DNA of 64,000 nt from Candidatus Zixiibacteriota bacterium (GCA_050117845.1 JASFLY010000001.1:224001-288000), one strand, 5' to 3'. Counted from the first letter of the stretch, positions 29,463 to 40,164 are shown. Notes: generated by a model from the letters alone, not told the origin. A program made the numbers and translations.

Positions 29463-30293
29463 CTACAGCCAAACGCTGGGGCCGGCGGCGAAGGTCAAGC
29501 CGTTGACGAACGAGTCGCCCAGATCGAGGTCGTACCGGACTTCGACCTCCGCTCCCACCCGCCGGTGGAATTGGAGCGAACTCCTGGTGCTGACGTAGAA
29601 ACTGGACCCGCTGCTCGGGACCTCGTCCTGGGGCACGTACGTGTAGTTGTAATGGGGCGCCTCCGGCCGGGACGCGCCGTTGTTCGTGGGATCGTCAACC
29701 TTGGGGCCGGTCAACGTGTACATCTTGTATTGATAACCGAACGTCACGAGGGCGAACGACCGGTTCAGGTTGAAGTCCATGACGACGCCCACGTCCGGCC
29801 CCAGGCCGTTGGCTATGACGCCGTTCTCGACGTTCTCGGCCTTACTCCAGTGGCCCCGCCAAAACGCGCCGAAATACGGCTTCATCATCGTGTTCTCGAA
29901 GTACCCCCGGCCCAGGATGTACCCGCCCGACGCGGTCAGCGTCGCGTTGTTGAACTGACGGTCCTCGGCGACGGTGCCCAGTATCGGTTCTATCGTACGC
30001 CGGGACCAGAGCGAGACGAACGAGGCCCGCCAGCTATCGTCCCTCAAGCCGAAGCCGAACGGCGAGGCCGCGAAGCTGGCGGTGGTAAGGCTGCCTTCCC
30101 ATACGCCCCACGGCTCGTATCCCGGGTAATTATAATAACCTATGAGCTTCTCGAATGTTTGCCCGTCCGATTCGTAGTCGCCGGAGAAGACGCCGACCAT
30201 ACCGTAAATGTACGCCGACGTATCAGCGAATGCCCCGGCCGCCGCGAAAAGGGTTACTACGACTAGGCCTATACCCCATTTACGCGTTGACAT
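29463..30293 (-). CDS. Hypothetical exported protein, possibly an outer-membrane beta-barrel
   Basis: Signal peptide (AFA/D); alternating hydrophobic strands; aromatic residue near the C-terminus (GPSVWL). Confidence 0.55.
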   Translation of the reverse strand: MSTRKWGIGLVVVTLFAAAGAFADTSAYIYGMVGVFSGDYESDGQTFEKLIGYYNYPGYEPWGVWEGSLTTASFAASPFGFGLRDDSWRASFVSLWSRRTIEPILGTVAEDRQFNNATLTASGGYILGRGYFENTMMKPYFGAFWRGHWSKAENVENGVIANGLGPDVGVVMDFNLNRSFALVTFGYQYKMYTLTGPKVDDPTNNGASRPEAPHYNYTYVPQDEVPSSGSSFYVSTRSSLQFHRRVGAEVEVRYDLDLGDSFVNGLTFAAGPSVWL

Positions 30294-30345
30294 ACTCGCT
30301 ACCTCCTAAGGTGGACGTACGTTTGAATTCCGACGGGTTCAAATA

Positions 30346-31146
30346 CTATGGAGTTTCCAGCGCCTGCACGCCGTGCGCGGCCGCGACGACGTCCGCGTCC
30401 AGGTCCCGCTTCGCCGCCCCGACGACGCCGTGCACGAAGAACTCCCGATTGCCGGCCGGCCCCTTCAACGGCGAACGCGTCACGCCAATCGCCGGAACGC
30501 CGATATCGTCGAACAACCGGCACGCCCTGCTCAAAACCTCTTCGTGGACCGCGGCGTCCGAAACGACGCCTTTCGGCCCCACCTGTTCGCGGCGCGCCTC
30601 GAACTGGGGCTTCACCAGCGCCACAATCTCGACGAGCGCCCCCAGCGTCGGAACCAGCGGCTTCAGCACGAGCGCCAGGCTAATAAACGAGACGTCTACG
30701 ACGAGCAACGAGGGCGAGGGTTCCAACGCCGAAGCGTCGAACTCCCGGGCGTTGAAGCCCTCCCACACCGTCACCCGCTCGTCGGTGCGCAGCCGCCAGG
30801 CCAGAAGGCCCCGGCCCACGTCCAGGGCGTGAACGTGCCGGGCCCCCCGGGCCAGCAGGCACGACGTGAAACCGCCGGTCGACGCCCCCACGTCCAGCGC
30901 CACGCGGCCTTCGGCGCCGGCGCCGAACTCGTCCAGCGCGTGGGCCAGCTTCTCGCCGCCTCGTGACGCGTACGGGGCCTCGGGCGCCACGGCCACCGCG
31001 GCCCCGTCGGCCACCTGCGTCCCGGCCTTGGTCTCGGCCCGGCCGTCCACCGTAACCTTTCCGGCCATGATGAGGGCCGCCGCCCGTTCCCGGGACGGAA
31101 CCAACCCCCGGGCCACCAGCGCCTCGTCGAGTCTTCGTTTGGCCAA
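30346..31146 (-). CDS. tlyA: TlyA-family rRNA 2'-O-methyltransferase
   Basis: S4 domain RLDEALV, YASRGGEKL, LDVGASTGGFT, DVSFISL, VKPQFE, GNREF. Confidence 0.95.
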   Translation of the reverse strand: MAKRRLDEALVARGLVPSRERAAALIMAGKVTVDGRAETKAGTQVADGAAVAVAPEAPYASRGGEKLAHALDEFGAGAEGRVALDVGASTGGFTSCLLARGARHVHALDVGRGLLAWRLRTDERVTVWEGFNAREFDASALEPSPSLLVVDVSFISLALVLKPLVPTLGALVEIVALVKPQFEARREQVGPKGVVSDAAVHEEVLSRACRLFDDIGVPAIGVTRSPLKGPAGNREFFVHGVVGAAKRDLDADVVAAAHGVQALETP

Positions 31147-31154
31147 TACCGGTT

Positions 31155-33041
31155 CTACTTCCGCTCCAGTAATTGCCGTGCGGCCTCGGCTATCCCGGCC
31201 GCGTTCAATCCGTATTTATCCAACAGCTCCTGCGGCGTGCCGTGCTCCACGAATTCGTCCGGATATCCGAGACGGGTAATTTTTACTTCTCCGGCCAAAC
31301 CACGTTCCGACAATAATTCCAGGACGCCCGCGCCGAAACCGCCGGCCCGACAGCCGTCCTCCGCCGTCACGACGGCGCCGCCCTTCCGCGCCCACTCCAG
31401 GATAAGTTCCTCGTCGAGCGGCTTGGCGAAACGGGCGTTGACCACCGCGGCGTTCACGCCCTGTGCGGCGAGCGCCTCGGCGGCCTCGATCGCCGGATAG
31501 ACCATCCGGCCTATGGCGAGCAGGAGTACGTCGTCGCCCTCGCGCAAGAGTTCACCTTTACCGGGCTCGATGGTTTGCCACTCCTCGCCGTAGGCCGCGC
31601 CCACGCCCGTCCCCCGCGGATACCGAACCGACCACGGCCCGGCGTCGTAGTAGATGGCGCTGTACAGGAGGTCCCGCAGCTCCGCCTCGTCCTTGGGCGC
31701 GCTCGCGATCATATTCGGGAGGTGCCGCATGTACGCGAAGTCGAAGGTCCCGTGGTGCGTAGGGCCGTCGTCCCCCACGACGCCGCCCCGGTCGAGCGCG
31801 AAGACCACCGGCAGTTTTTGCAAGCACACGTCGTGGTTGAGCTGGTCGTAGGCGCGCTGGAGGAAGGTCGAGTATATGGCGCAGACGGGCCTCACGCCCT
31901 CGCACGCCATCCCGGCCGCGATGAGCACCGCCGTCTGCTCGGCGATGCCGACGTCGAAGAAGCGTTCCGGGAAGTTTTCCCGGAAGGAGCTGAGGCCGGT
32001 GCCCTCCGGCATGGCGGCCGTCAGGGCCACGATGCTCTCGTCCTTCTCGGCGAGTTCCTCCAACGCCTCGGCGAAGACCTTGGTGTAAGCCTTGCCATTC
32101 GACTTCTTACGGGCCTCGCCGGTCGCGACGTCGAACGGGGGGTGGCCGTGGTAGGTCGTGGCGTCGTTCTCGGCCGGCGCGTATCCCCGCCCCTTCTGCG
32201 TCAGCACGTGCAGGAGCACCGGGCCGTTCAGTTTCTTGACCCCTTCGAGCGAGCGCACCAGCGTGGGCAAGTCATGCCCCTTGACCGGGCCGACGTAACG
32301 GAAGCCGAGCGCCTCGAAGATCATCCCCGGCGTCAACAGGTTTTTAATGGACTCCTCCAGCCGCCGGGCCGCGCCGAAGAGCGGCTGGCCCACGGTCGGA
32401 ATGGACTTGACCAGGTCCTGCACGTCCGACCGGAAGCGGTCGTACGCGGGGAAAGTTATCACCCGGGCGAGGTAGTCGGCGATGGCCCCCACCGACGGCG
32501 ATATCGACATCTCGTTGTCGTTCAGCACGACGACGAAATCGGTATCGGGGCAATCGCCGGAGACGTTCAGGCCCTCCAAAGCGCAGCCGCCCGAGAGCGC
32601 GCCGTCGCCGATGACGGCGATGACGTCGAAGTCCTCGCCGTTCTGGTCGCGGCCCAGCGCCATCCCCAGCGCCGCCGAGATGGAGGTGGAGGCGTGGCCC
32701 ACGCCGTACGCGTCGTATTCGCACTCCGCGCGCTTGGGGAAGCCGGAGATGCCGCCCTTCTGCCGCAGCGTATCGAAGCGGTCTCGCCGGCCGGTCAGAA
32801 TTTTATGGCCGTACGCCTGGTGGCCCACGTCCCACACGATTTTGTCCCGCGGCGTATTGAAGACGTAATGCAATGCGATGGTGAGTTCGACCACGCCCAG
32901 GCTCGGCGCCAGGTGGCCGCCGGTTCGTGATACGTTTTCAATTATAAACGTGCGCAGCTCGTCGGCGACGATCTCGAGTTCCTCGAGCGTCAACGAGCGC
33001 AAGTCGTCCGGTGAGTTGATGCCGGATAGGATGTCCGTCAT
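31155..33041 (-). CDS. dxs: 1-deoxy-D-xylulose-5-phosphate synthase
   Basis: GGHLAPSLG, WDVGHQAY, GDGALSGG, NDNEMSIS, DVGIAEQ, YSTFLQRAYDQ, DGPTHHG. Confidence 0.97.
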   Translation of the reverse strand: MTDILSGINSPDDLRSLTLEELEIVADELRTFIIENVSRTGGHLAPSLGVVELTIALHYVFNTPRDKIVWDVGHQAYGHKILTGRRDRFDTLRQKGGISGFPKRAECEYDAYGVGHASTSISAALGMALGRDQNGEDFDVIAVIGDGALSGGCALEGLNVSGDCPDTDFVVVLNDNEMSISPSVGAIADYLARVITFPAYDRFRSDVQDLVKSIPTVGQPLFGAARRLEESIKNLLTPGMIFEALGFRYVGPVKGHDLPTLVRSLEGVKKLNGPVLLHVLTQKGRGYAPAENDATTYHGHPPFDVATGEARKKSNGKAYTKVFAEALEELAEKDESIVALTAAMPEGTGLSSFRENFPERFFDVGIAEQTAVLIAAGMACEGVRPVCAIYSTFLQRAYDQLNHDVCLQKLPVVFALDRGGVVGDDGPTHHGTFDFAYMRHLPNMIASAPKDEAELRDLLYSAIYYDAGPWSVRYPRGTGVGAAYGEEWQTIEPGKGELLREGDDVLLLAIGRMVYPAIEAAEALAAQGVNAAVVNARFAKPLDEELILEWARKGGAVVTAEDGCRAGGFGAGVLELLSERGLAGEVKITRLGYPDEFVEHGTPQELLDKYGLNAAGIAEAARQLLERK

Positions 33042-33078
33042 GTCGTTCCTTCCACGGGCCGCCGCGCCGGGCCGGCCG

Positions 33079-34161
33079 TCAGTGCGTCCTCCGCAAGAGG
33101 ACCTCGGCCCACCCGGCGAGCAAGTCGCGATACTCGCCCGGCGGCAACACTTCCAATTCCTTTAAAGCTTCTTCGTAATAACGATGAGCGCGCTCCCGGG
33201 CGTACGCAACGCCGCCGAGCGCCGTTAACTTCTCGATTAAATTATTTATATCCGACTCGGCCGCCGCCGGATCGCCCAGCGCTTCCGCTATGTAGCGCCG
33301 CTCGTCCGCCGAGGCGTTCTCGTACGCGCCGAGCACGACCGCCGTCCGCTTCCCCTCGCGCAGGTCGGAAGCGGCCGTCTTGCCCGTTTTCCCGTCGTCC
33401 GAGGTATAGGCCAGCGTATCGTCGACGTGCTGGAAGGCCGTGCCGCAGCCGGCGGCGAAGCGACCCAATGCGGCGACGACGTCCGGCGCCGCGCCGGCCA
33501 CCGTCGCCCCCGCCCGGGCGCACCACTCGTACAGGGCGCCGGTCTTCTTCGCCATCATGGACTCTACCGCGTCGAGGCCGGTTTCGGCCAGCGGCCGGAC
33601 GCCGAGTTGAACGTCCTCGGCCTCCCCGGCCAGGATCGCCGGCACCGTCACCGTCGCGAGTTCATTCCCTATTCGTGCCGCCGTCTCGACCGACGTTACG
33701 CCGTTTTCCGGGAGCCGCGACACGAGGTGCGCCGCCCAGCAGGGCCCGACGTCCCCGGCCAGTACGGCCATCGACAGGCCGTAATGCCGGGCCTCGTCGC
33801 CCGCGAAGCCCAGCTCGTCCTCGCCCCGCCGCGCCAGTTCCGCGTGCACCGCGGGGCCGCCGCGCCGCCGGTCGTCCCGGTCGATGACGTCGTCGTGCAC
33901 CAGCGTCCAGTTATGCGTGACCTCCACCGCCGCCCCGGCCGCCAGCGCCCACTGCTCCTCGCCGCCGCCGGCGCCGCAGAAGAAGAGCACCGCCGCCGGC
34001 CGGAGGCCCTTGCCGCCCCGCGCCAGGTACGCGCCCGCCGCGGCCCGGAGGTGTTCGGGCTCCACCGAGGCGAGGAAGGCGTCGTCGGCCAGGTACTCCC
34101 GCACCAGGCCGGCCCGCCGGGCTACCGCCGCCCGCACGTCGTCAGGGGTTAATACGCTCAA
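33079..34161 (-). CDS. ispA: Polyprenyl diphosphate synthase (IspA-like)
   Basis: GGKGLRP, LVHDDVIDRDDRRRG, KKTG, AFQHVDD, DLREGK; in xseB-ispA-dxs context. Confidence 0.8.
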   Translation of the reverse strand: MSVLTPDDVRAAVARRAGLVREYLADDAFLASVEPEHLRAAAGAYLARGGKGLRPAAVLFFCGAGGGEEQWALAAGAAVEVTHNWTLVHDDVIDRDDRRRGGPAVHAELARRGEDELGFAGDEARHYGLSMAVLAGDVGPCWAAHLVSRLPENGVTSVETAARIGNELATVTVPAILAGEAEDVQLGVRPLAETGLDAVESMMAKKTGALYEWCARAGATVAGAAPDVVAALGRFAAGCGTAFQHVDDTLAYTSDDGKTGKTAASDLREGKRTAVVLGAYENASADERRYIAEALGDPAAAESDINNLIEKLTALGGVAYARERAHRYYEEALKELEVLPPGEYRDLLAGWAEVLLRRTH

Positions 34162-34394
34162 TCTTCCTCCGGGATATCCTCGAGGGCCGGTTCGCCGTCC
34201 TCGTCCCGTGACAGCTTCTGGACCTTCGTCTCGGCCTCGTTCAGCATCTTCTCGAGGCGGCCGGCGACCTCGGTTCCCTCCCGGTAGAGGTCGAGCATGC
34301 CGTCGAGCGTCTCGGGCCCCTCTTCCAGGAGTTCGACTATCTCGGTCAAGCGCGCCAGGTCTTCCTCGTAGGTTTTATTTTTCTTCTGGGCCAA
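34158..34394 (-). CDS. xseB: Exodeoxyribonuclease VII small subunit
   Basis: TYEEDLARLTEIVELLE..LYREG..LNEAETKV; directly after xseA. Confidence 0.9.
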   Translation of the reverse strand: MAQKKNKTYEEDLARLTEIVELLEEGPETLDGMLDLYREGTEVAGRLEKMLNEAETKVQKLSRDEDGEPALEDIPEED

Positions 34395-34395
34395 T

Positions 34396-35637
34396 TTATT
34401 CCCCTTCGCGGCCGGGCAGGACTTCTACGTCCCGGCGGCCGTCGGCGAAATTTAACGTCAACGTTTCCCGGTCCGCCGCGTCGGCGGCGTGCCTGACAGT
34501 CCGGCCTTCCCGCGTCGCGACGTTGTAGCCGCGCGCCAGCGTCGCCTCCGGCGACAGGGCCCGAAAGCGGCCCGCGAATTCGGCGAAGCGGCTTCGGAAC
34601 CGGCCGCCGGCGTTCCGGGCGGCAAGGGCGACCCGGCCGCAGGTCTCGTCCAGTTGTTGGCGCCGCTCGTCCAGCCGCCGCGGCACTCCCCGGAACGCGT
34701 ACGATTGCCGCATAGCCAGTACGTCCTCGCGCCGGTCCTCGGCGTACGCCACGGCCGCGGCCCGGCAGGCCTGCCGGCCCGAGGCCACCTCGTACGCCAC
34801 GTCGGCCTTGACGCGCACGGCCAGTTCCGCCGCCGCCGAGGGCGTGGGCGCCCGGACGTCCGCCGCGAAGTCGGTCAACGCCCAATCCACCTCGTGCCCC
34901 ACCGCCGAGATAACCGGCGTGCGCGAGGCCGCGACCGCCCGAACGGCAACCTCCTCGTTGAAGGCCCACAGGTCCTCGAGCGAACCGCCGCCCCGGCCCA
35001 CGATGAGAACGTCGGCGACGGCCGCCTCGTCGAAGGCCGCGATGGCCGCGGCCACGTCGGCCGCCGCCCCCTCGCCCTGCACCAGCGAGGGCCGAAGTAC
35101 TATCGTAATCCCCGGCCAGCGCCGCGTCAACACGTTTTTTATGTCGCGAAACGCCGCCCCCGACGGCGACGTGACGACGCCCACGGTCCGGGGGTACGGC
35201 GGCAACGGCCTTTTGCGCTCCTCGTCGAAGAGGCCCTCCGCGGCCAGTTTCTTTTTGAGGCGCTCGAGCGCCGCCATCAGCTCGCCCTCGCCACGGAGGG
35301 AGAGCGACTCCACGTAAAGCTGGTACGAGCCCTGCGGCGGGTAAACGCCAACGCGCCCCCGCGCCACGACCTCCATGCCGTTCTCGGGCGCGAAGCGCAA
35401 CCGCGTGTTCGCCGGGGCGAAGAAGACGCACCTTATCACGGCGGCCTCGTCCTTGAGCGAGAAGTACATGTGCCGGGCCGCGTGGTGCTTGAAGTTCGAT
35501 ATCTCGCCCCGCACCGCCAATTCGCCGTCGAACGCGCCCTCCAGCGTGGCCCGGATTTCGGCCGTGAGTCCGCCCACGGAGTAGACCTCCGGCCCCCGGG
35601 GCTGTTCGAACAACGGCAGATCGTGGCCTTCGCTCAT
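34396..35637 (-). CDS. xseA: Exodeoxyribonuclease VII large subunit
   Basis: VRGEISNF, HMYFSLKD, GVVTSPSGAA, RGGGSLEDLWAFNEE, SAVGHE, TPSAAAE. Confidence 0.96.
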   Translation of the reverse strand: MSEGHDLPLFEQPRGPEVYSVGGLTAEIRATLEGAFDGELAVRGEISNFKHHAARHMYFSLKDEAAVIRCVFFAPANTRLRFAPENGMEVVARGRVGVYPPQGSYQLYVESLSLRGEGELMAALERLKKKLAAEGLFDEERKRPLPPYPRTVGVVTSPSGAAFRDIKNVLTRRWPGITIVLRPSLVQGEGAAADVAAAIAAFDEAAVADVLIVGRGGGSLEDLWAFNEEVAVRAVAASRTPVISAVGHEVDWALTDFAADVRAPTPSAAAELAVRVKADVAYEVASGRQACRAAAVAYAEDRREDVLAMRQSYAFRGVPRRLDERRQQLDETCGRVALAARNAGGRFRSRFAEFAGRFRALSPEATLARGYNVATREGRTVRHAADAADRETLTLNFADGRRDVEVLPGREGE

Positions 35638-36476
35638 AGCGTAATATTCACGCCCGCGGCCCGGGCGACGTTCGCGAGCAGTAGCGCCGTCGTGACCGGC
35701 CCGACGCCCCCCTTAGCCGGCGTTATAAACGCGGCCTTCTCCCGCGCCTCGTCGAACGCCACGTCGCCGACGACCTCGCCTTCCGCCGTGAAGTTGTAGC
35801 CGCAGTCGATTACCGCCGCCCCGGCCTTCACCATATCGCCCTTCACCAATTCCGCCGCCCCCGCCGCCGCCACCAGGATGTCGGCCCGGCGGCAGGCCGC
35901 CCCCAGGCCCGCCGTCCGCGTGTGGCAAATCGTCACCGTGGCGTGCCGGGCGACCAAAAGCGCCGCCACCGGCTTCCCCACCACCGGCGACCGGCCTACC
36001 ACCGTCGCCTCCGCCCCGGAAAGCTCGACGCCCGCCGCTTCGAGGATGCGGACCGCCGCTGCCGCGGTCGAGGGCACGAAGCCGGGCCTCCCGGCCCAAA
36101 GCCGTCCCAGCGAAGCGCTGGTCTGGCCGTCGACGTCCTTGTCCACGTAAATCAACTCCGCCAGATCGGCGTCGGCCTCGCGGCCGGCGAACGGCTTCTG
36201 GAGAATGACGCCGTGCACCGCCGCGTCGCCGTTGATCTCGGCGAGGACGCGGGCCGCCTCTTCCACGCCCCGCTCCAACTCCCGGACGGCGACCTCAACG
36301 CCGACGCCCTCGCCGGCGCGCGCCAAGGAACGGGTATAGGCCGCGGCCCCGCCGTCGCCCCGGGCCAGTACGACGACCAAACGCGGCCCCGCGCCCGACG
36401 CGGCCACCGCCGCCGCCGTCTTTTCCTTCAGGCCGGCCGCGAACTCTTTTCCGTCGAAAACGATAGCGGGAGCCAT
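35634..36476 (-). CDS. folD: FolD-family methylenetetrahydrofolate dehydrogenase/cyclohydrolase (divergent)
   Basis: VHGVILQKP, KDVDG, VGRSPVVGKP, ATVTICH, GDVAF, GGVGPVT. Confidence 0.85.
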   Translation of the reverse strand: MAPAIVFDGKEFAAGLKEKTAAAVAASGAGPRLVVVLARGDGGAAAYTRSLARAGEGVGVEVAVRELERGVEEAARVLAEINGDAAVHGVILQKPFAGREADADLAELIYVDKDVDGQTSASLGRLWAGRPGFVPSTAAAAVRILEAAGVELSGAEATVVGRSPVVGKPVAALLVARHATVTICHTRTAGLGAACRRADILVAAAGAAELVKGDMVKAGAAVIDCGYNFTAEGEVVGDVAFDEAREKAAFITPAKGGVGPVTTALLLANVARAAGVNITL

Positions 36477-36477
36477 A

Positions 36478-37881
36478 TCAATTCACCCCGTAGGATTTGA
36501 GCTTGCGTTGGAGGGTCCGGAGGCCGATGCCGAGGACCTTGGCCGCCCGGGTGCGATTGCCGCCCACTTCCTTCAGCGTGGCCTCGATGAGGTAGCGCTC
36601 GGCGTCGGCCAGCTTCATGCCCACGCGCACGCCGTCCGCCTTGACCTCCTCCACCGAGCGGCGGACGTTTGGCGGGATGTCCTCGCGCGTCAGCCGATGC
36701 GTCCGCGACATGACCGCCATGCTCTCGACGACGTTGCGCAGCTCCCGCACGTTCCCCGGCCACTGGTAGGCCCGGAAGAGCCAGATAACGTCGTCGTCCA
36801 CGCCCTCGATGGCGAGGTGGTTCTTCTCGTTGAACTCGCGGATGAAAGCGTTGACCAGGAGCGGGATGTCCTCCGCCCGCTCGCGCAAGGGCGGCACGTC
36901 CACCGTCACGACCTTGAGCCGGTAATATAAATCCTCCCGGAAGGTCCCCGCGGCCACGACGTCCTCGAGGGGGACGTTGGTGGCGGCGATGAGGCGCACG
37001 TCGGCCTGGATGTTCTCCGACCCGCCGACCCGCTGGAAGACGCCGTCCTCCAGAACGCGCAGGAGCTTGACCTGGGTGGGAAGCGGTATCTGAGAGACCT
37101 CGTCGAGGAAGAGCGTCCCGCCGTCGGCCCGTTCGAAGCGGCCGCGGTGCTGTTTGACGGCCCCGGTGAAGGCGCCCTTCTCGTGGCCGAAAAGCTCGGA
37201 CTCCAGGACCCCCTCGGCCAGCGCCGCGCAGTTGAGTTTCACCAACGGCTGGTCGCGGCGGCGGCTGTTGTAGTGGACCGAGTCGGCGATGAGCTCCTTG
37301 CCGGTGCCGCTCTCGCCGTAAATAAGAACGGTCGCGTTTGTGGGGGCGATGCGGGTGATGAGTTCGTATATCTCCTGCATCGGCTTGGAGCGGCCTATGA
37401 TGCGGTCGAAGGAATACTTCTCGAAGAGGCGCGACTTGAGTTCCAGGTTCTCGAGCTCGAGCTTGCGCTTCTCCAGCGCCTTCTCCACCACCCGCGCGAG
37501 GCGCTCCGGGTCGATGGGCTTTAGGAGGTACTCGTACGCCCCCCGCCGCGTGGCCTCGACGGCGTTCTCGATGGTCCCGTGGCCCGTGAGGATGATGAAG
37601 GGGACCGCGGGCCACTTCTCGCGGCCCATCATGAGGAAATCGAGGCCGTCTATCCCCGGGATGACCATATCGGCGATGACGACGTCGACGACCTCATCCT
37701 CGAGGATTTTTAAGGCCGCGACGACGTCGAACGCGACGTAGGTATCGTAGCCGTCCGCGCGCAGCAGTTCGGCCAGGCCCTCCGCCGCGGCGCGATGGTC
37801 GTCCACCACGAGTATGGACGTGCCCCCGGCCGAAGCCGTACGCGTAACTTTTTTTTCGGTCGCTGTCTCTTCTTTCGGCAT
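36478..37881 (-). CDS. Sigma54-dependent response regulator (NtrC/AtoC type)
   Basis: Receiver domain, GESGTGKE, ESELFGHEKGAFTGA, FREDLYYRL, WPGNVRELRN, Fis-type HTH. Confidence 0.95.
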   Translation of the reverse strand: MPKEETATEKKVTRTASAGGTSILVVDDHRAAAEGLAELLRADGYDTYVAFDVVAALKILEDEVVDVVIADMVIPGIDGLDFLMMGREKWPAVPFIILTGHGTIENAVEATRRGAYEYLLKPIDPERLARVVEKALEKRKLELENLELKSRLFEKYSFDRIIGRSKPMQEIYELITRIAPTNATVLIYGESGTGKELIADSVHYNSRRRDQPLVKLNCAALAEGVLESELFGHEKGAFTGAVKQHRGRFERADGGTLFLDEVSQIPLPTQVKLLRVLEDGVFQRVGGSENIQADVRLIAATNVPLEDVVAAGTFREDLYYRLKVVTVDVPPLRERAEDIPLLVNAFIREFNEKNHLAIEGVDDDVIWLFRAYQWPGNVRELRNVVESMAVMSRTHRLTREDIPPNVRRSVEEVKADGVRVGMKLADAERYLIEATLKEVGGNRTRAAKVLGIGLRTLQRKLKSYGVN

Positions 37882-37928
37882 ATAAGGCGCGGATTATAAC
37901 TTATCGGGCAAATGTTTTCAAATCGGTA

Positions 37929-40016
37929 TTATTCCGGGGCGCCCCGGCCGCGGGCGAGTTCCGCCGCCCGGGTACGAGCCGCCTCGGCCGCCGCGTCGTT
38001 CCCGGCCGCGGCGTAGCACTCGGCGAGCAGCGCGAAGGGCCCGGGCGACGTCGGCGCCACCGCCGTCTCGTCCTCGAACTCCCGCGTCGCCGCCGCCAAA
38101 TCCCCCTGTTCCAGGTAATACTTGCCCAGGATCAAGTGGGCACGGGGCACGGTCGGGTCCAGCGCCAGCGCATCCCGCGCCGCCGCCACGCCGCCGGCGT
38201 AATCGCCCATCTCCATTAGAACGCCGGCGTAGCGGGCCCGAGCCGCGGCGTCTCCGGGCGTCAGGGCCAACAGACGCTCGAAGGCCCGGCCGCTCTCGAC
38301 GTATTCCCCCCGGGCCACGTGGCACTCCGCCAGGACGCGCCACGCCTCCACGTAGGTCGGGTACGTCTCCACGGCCGTCTTGAGGAACGGAATCGCCAGG
38401 CCGTAATCGCCGCGCCGGGCCAGGCTCGACCCCAGAAAGTAATTCGTCTCCGCGTCGCCGGGGTCGATTTCGAGGGATTTCAAGTAATAATAGCGGGCCA
38501 GGTCGTCGCGGCCCTGGCGCTCGTACACCAGGCCGAGGTACCCCAACGCGAAGGCGTTGTCCTCCTTGTATCCCACGGCGCGCCGGTAATGCTCCGCCGC
38601 CCGGTCGAGGTCCCCCTGGACCATGTAATACGTGCCGTAGTTGAAGTACGACTGCGTCATTATGCCGTCGCGGTCGCAACCCACGCCCGGCAGCCACGAG
38701 AACGCGAGGAGGAGCGCCGCCGCCAGGGTTATAAAGGTCGCGGCCAGCCAACGGCGCCGCCGCCAGTCGTCCCCGAGCCGGTACGCGCCGTAGCCGGCGG
38801 CTACCGCCAGGGCCGGCGCCAACGGCAGGCGGTACCAGTCGACGACGAAGAACAGCAGTATCGACGCCGCCACCGCCGGGACGTATATCGCCAGGGCCCG
38901 GCGGCCCGGCGGCTCGCCCCCCGTCCCGAGGACGAGGCCCAAAGTCCCCAGCGCGAAAAGCAGGCCGAAGTAGGGAACGGGGACACGGTGGAAGAACGAG
39001 AAGTTCCCCCGGAAATTGAAGTCGGTGTTGAGCGTCACCTCGTAGTTGTTGCACAGGAGCGAAATCTTCCGGCCGTACAACTTCGCCGCGTCGCCCGGGT
39101 TGCGAACTATGTAGCGCAGGCCCCGTTTGAACCACCAGCGCGACGCCTCGGAGGCCGACAGCTCCCGGCCCAGGGCCCGCTCGGCGATGACCCGCGTCTG
39201 GCTTTCGTTCAACGACTCCGGCCTGCCCAACGTCCCCGGCGGGGCCGCGAAGGAACCCGGCGCGTTTCGGTTGTTCCCAATGAAGAAATTGACGCCGCCC
39301 TGGGACGAAACGACGACCCAGTCGCCGGAGACGAGGCCGTTGCGTACGGTCACCGCTCCCACGAACAGGATTACCGGTACCGCGAATAGAGCGACCACCC
39401 GCCAGAACCGGCCTCGGCGCAAAATAGGCCAGAGGGCGAGCGCCGGCACGAACAAGAGGAGGTTGGGCCGGGCCAACCCCGCCACGCCGAACAGCGCCCC
39501 CGCCCCCAGGGCCGCGAGGGGCCAGCGGCGGCCCGCGTCGAGCGACCGGGCCAAGAGCAACAGCGACGCCGCGACGAGAAAGAGCGTGAGCGACGCCGGT
39601 AGAATTTGCGTATCGAAGTAGACCGCCGGGAGGTAGACGACCCAAAGGCCCCCGGCGATGGCCGCCGGAACGCGGCCGAACAACCGCCGGCCCAACACGT
39701 AAATGAAGGCCGCCGTCAACGCGCCGAGGACGAGCTGCACGAATATTACGGCGTAGAGGTGGACGCCGAAGACCCGGTAGACCAACGCCAGGAAGAAGGC
39801 GTAGGCCGGCCCGATGTAATAGGCCACGCCGGCGTCCGCGCCCCCCAGAAGGCTCACGGCCCAGTTGTGGTACAGCGCGGCGTCCGGGACCGCGTCCACG
39901 TAGGTCATCAACGGATCGTTGCGTACCGTCAGGAAGTAGATTACGCGGAACGCGAGGGCCGCCAAGAAAATAACGGCCGGCCCGGGGCCGCCAATTTTAC
40001 GCCATAATTTTCTCAT
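37929..40016 (-). CDS. Membrane glycosyltransferase-like (GT39/PMT-like) protein with C-terminal TPRs
   Basis: DAALYHNWA, multi-TM region, RPNLL, GGVNFFIGNN, YRLP, then TPR motifs. Confidence 0.8.
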   Translation of the reverse strand: MRKLWRKIGGPGPAVIFLAALAFRVIYFLTVRNDPLMTYVDAVPDAALYHNWAVSLLGGADAGVAYYIGPAYAFFLALVYRVFGVHLYAVIFVQLVLGALTAAFIYVLGRRLFGRVPAAIAGGLWVVYLPAVYFDTQILPASLTLFLVAASLLLLARSLDAGRRWPLAALGAGALFGVAGLARPNLLLFVPALALWPILRRGRFWRVVALFAVPVILFVGAVTVRNGLVSGDWVVVSSQGGVNFFIGNNRNAPGSFAAPPGTLGRPESLNESQTRVIAERALGRELSASEASRWWFKRGLRYIVRNPGDAAKLYGRKISLLCNNYEVTLNTDFNFRGNFSFFHRVPVPYFGLLFALGTLGLVLGTGGEPPGRRALAIYVPAVAASILLFFVVDWYRLPLAPALAVAAGYGAYRLGDDWRRRRWLAATFITLAAALLLAFSWLPGVGCDRDGIMTQSYFNYGTYYMVQGDLDRAAEHYRRAVGYKEDNAFALGYLGLVYERQGRDDLARYYYLKSLEIDPGDAETNYFLGSSLARRGDYGLAIPFLKTAVETYPTYVEAWRVLAECHVARGEYVESGRAFERLLALTPGDAAARARYAGVLMEMGDYAGGVAAARDALALDPTVPRAHLILGKYYLEQGDLAAATREFEDETAVAPTSPGPFALLAECYAAAGNDAAAEAARTRAAELARGRGAPE

Positions 40017-40164
40017 GGTGGGATCAATCAAAAAACTGCTACGCCAAAATGGCCGCCTATCATAATACTCCACGGATTTTATGTCAATAGGTTGTTATTT
40101 TAAGGGGAATCGGAACGGAAAGGTTGTGGAAACAGGCCGGCGGGCCGTCGATATTATTAACGCG

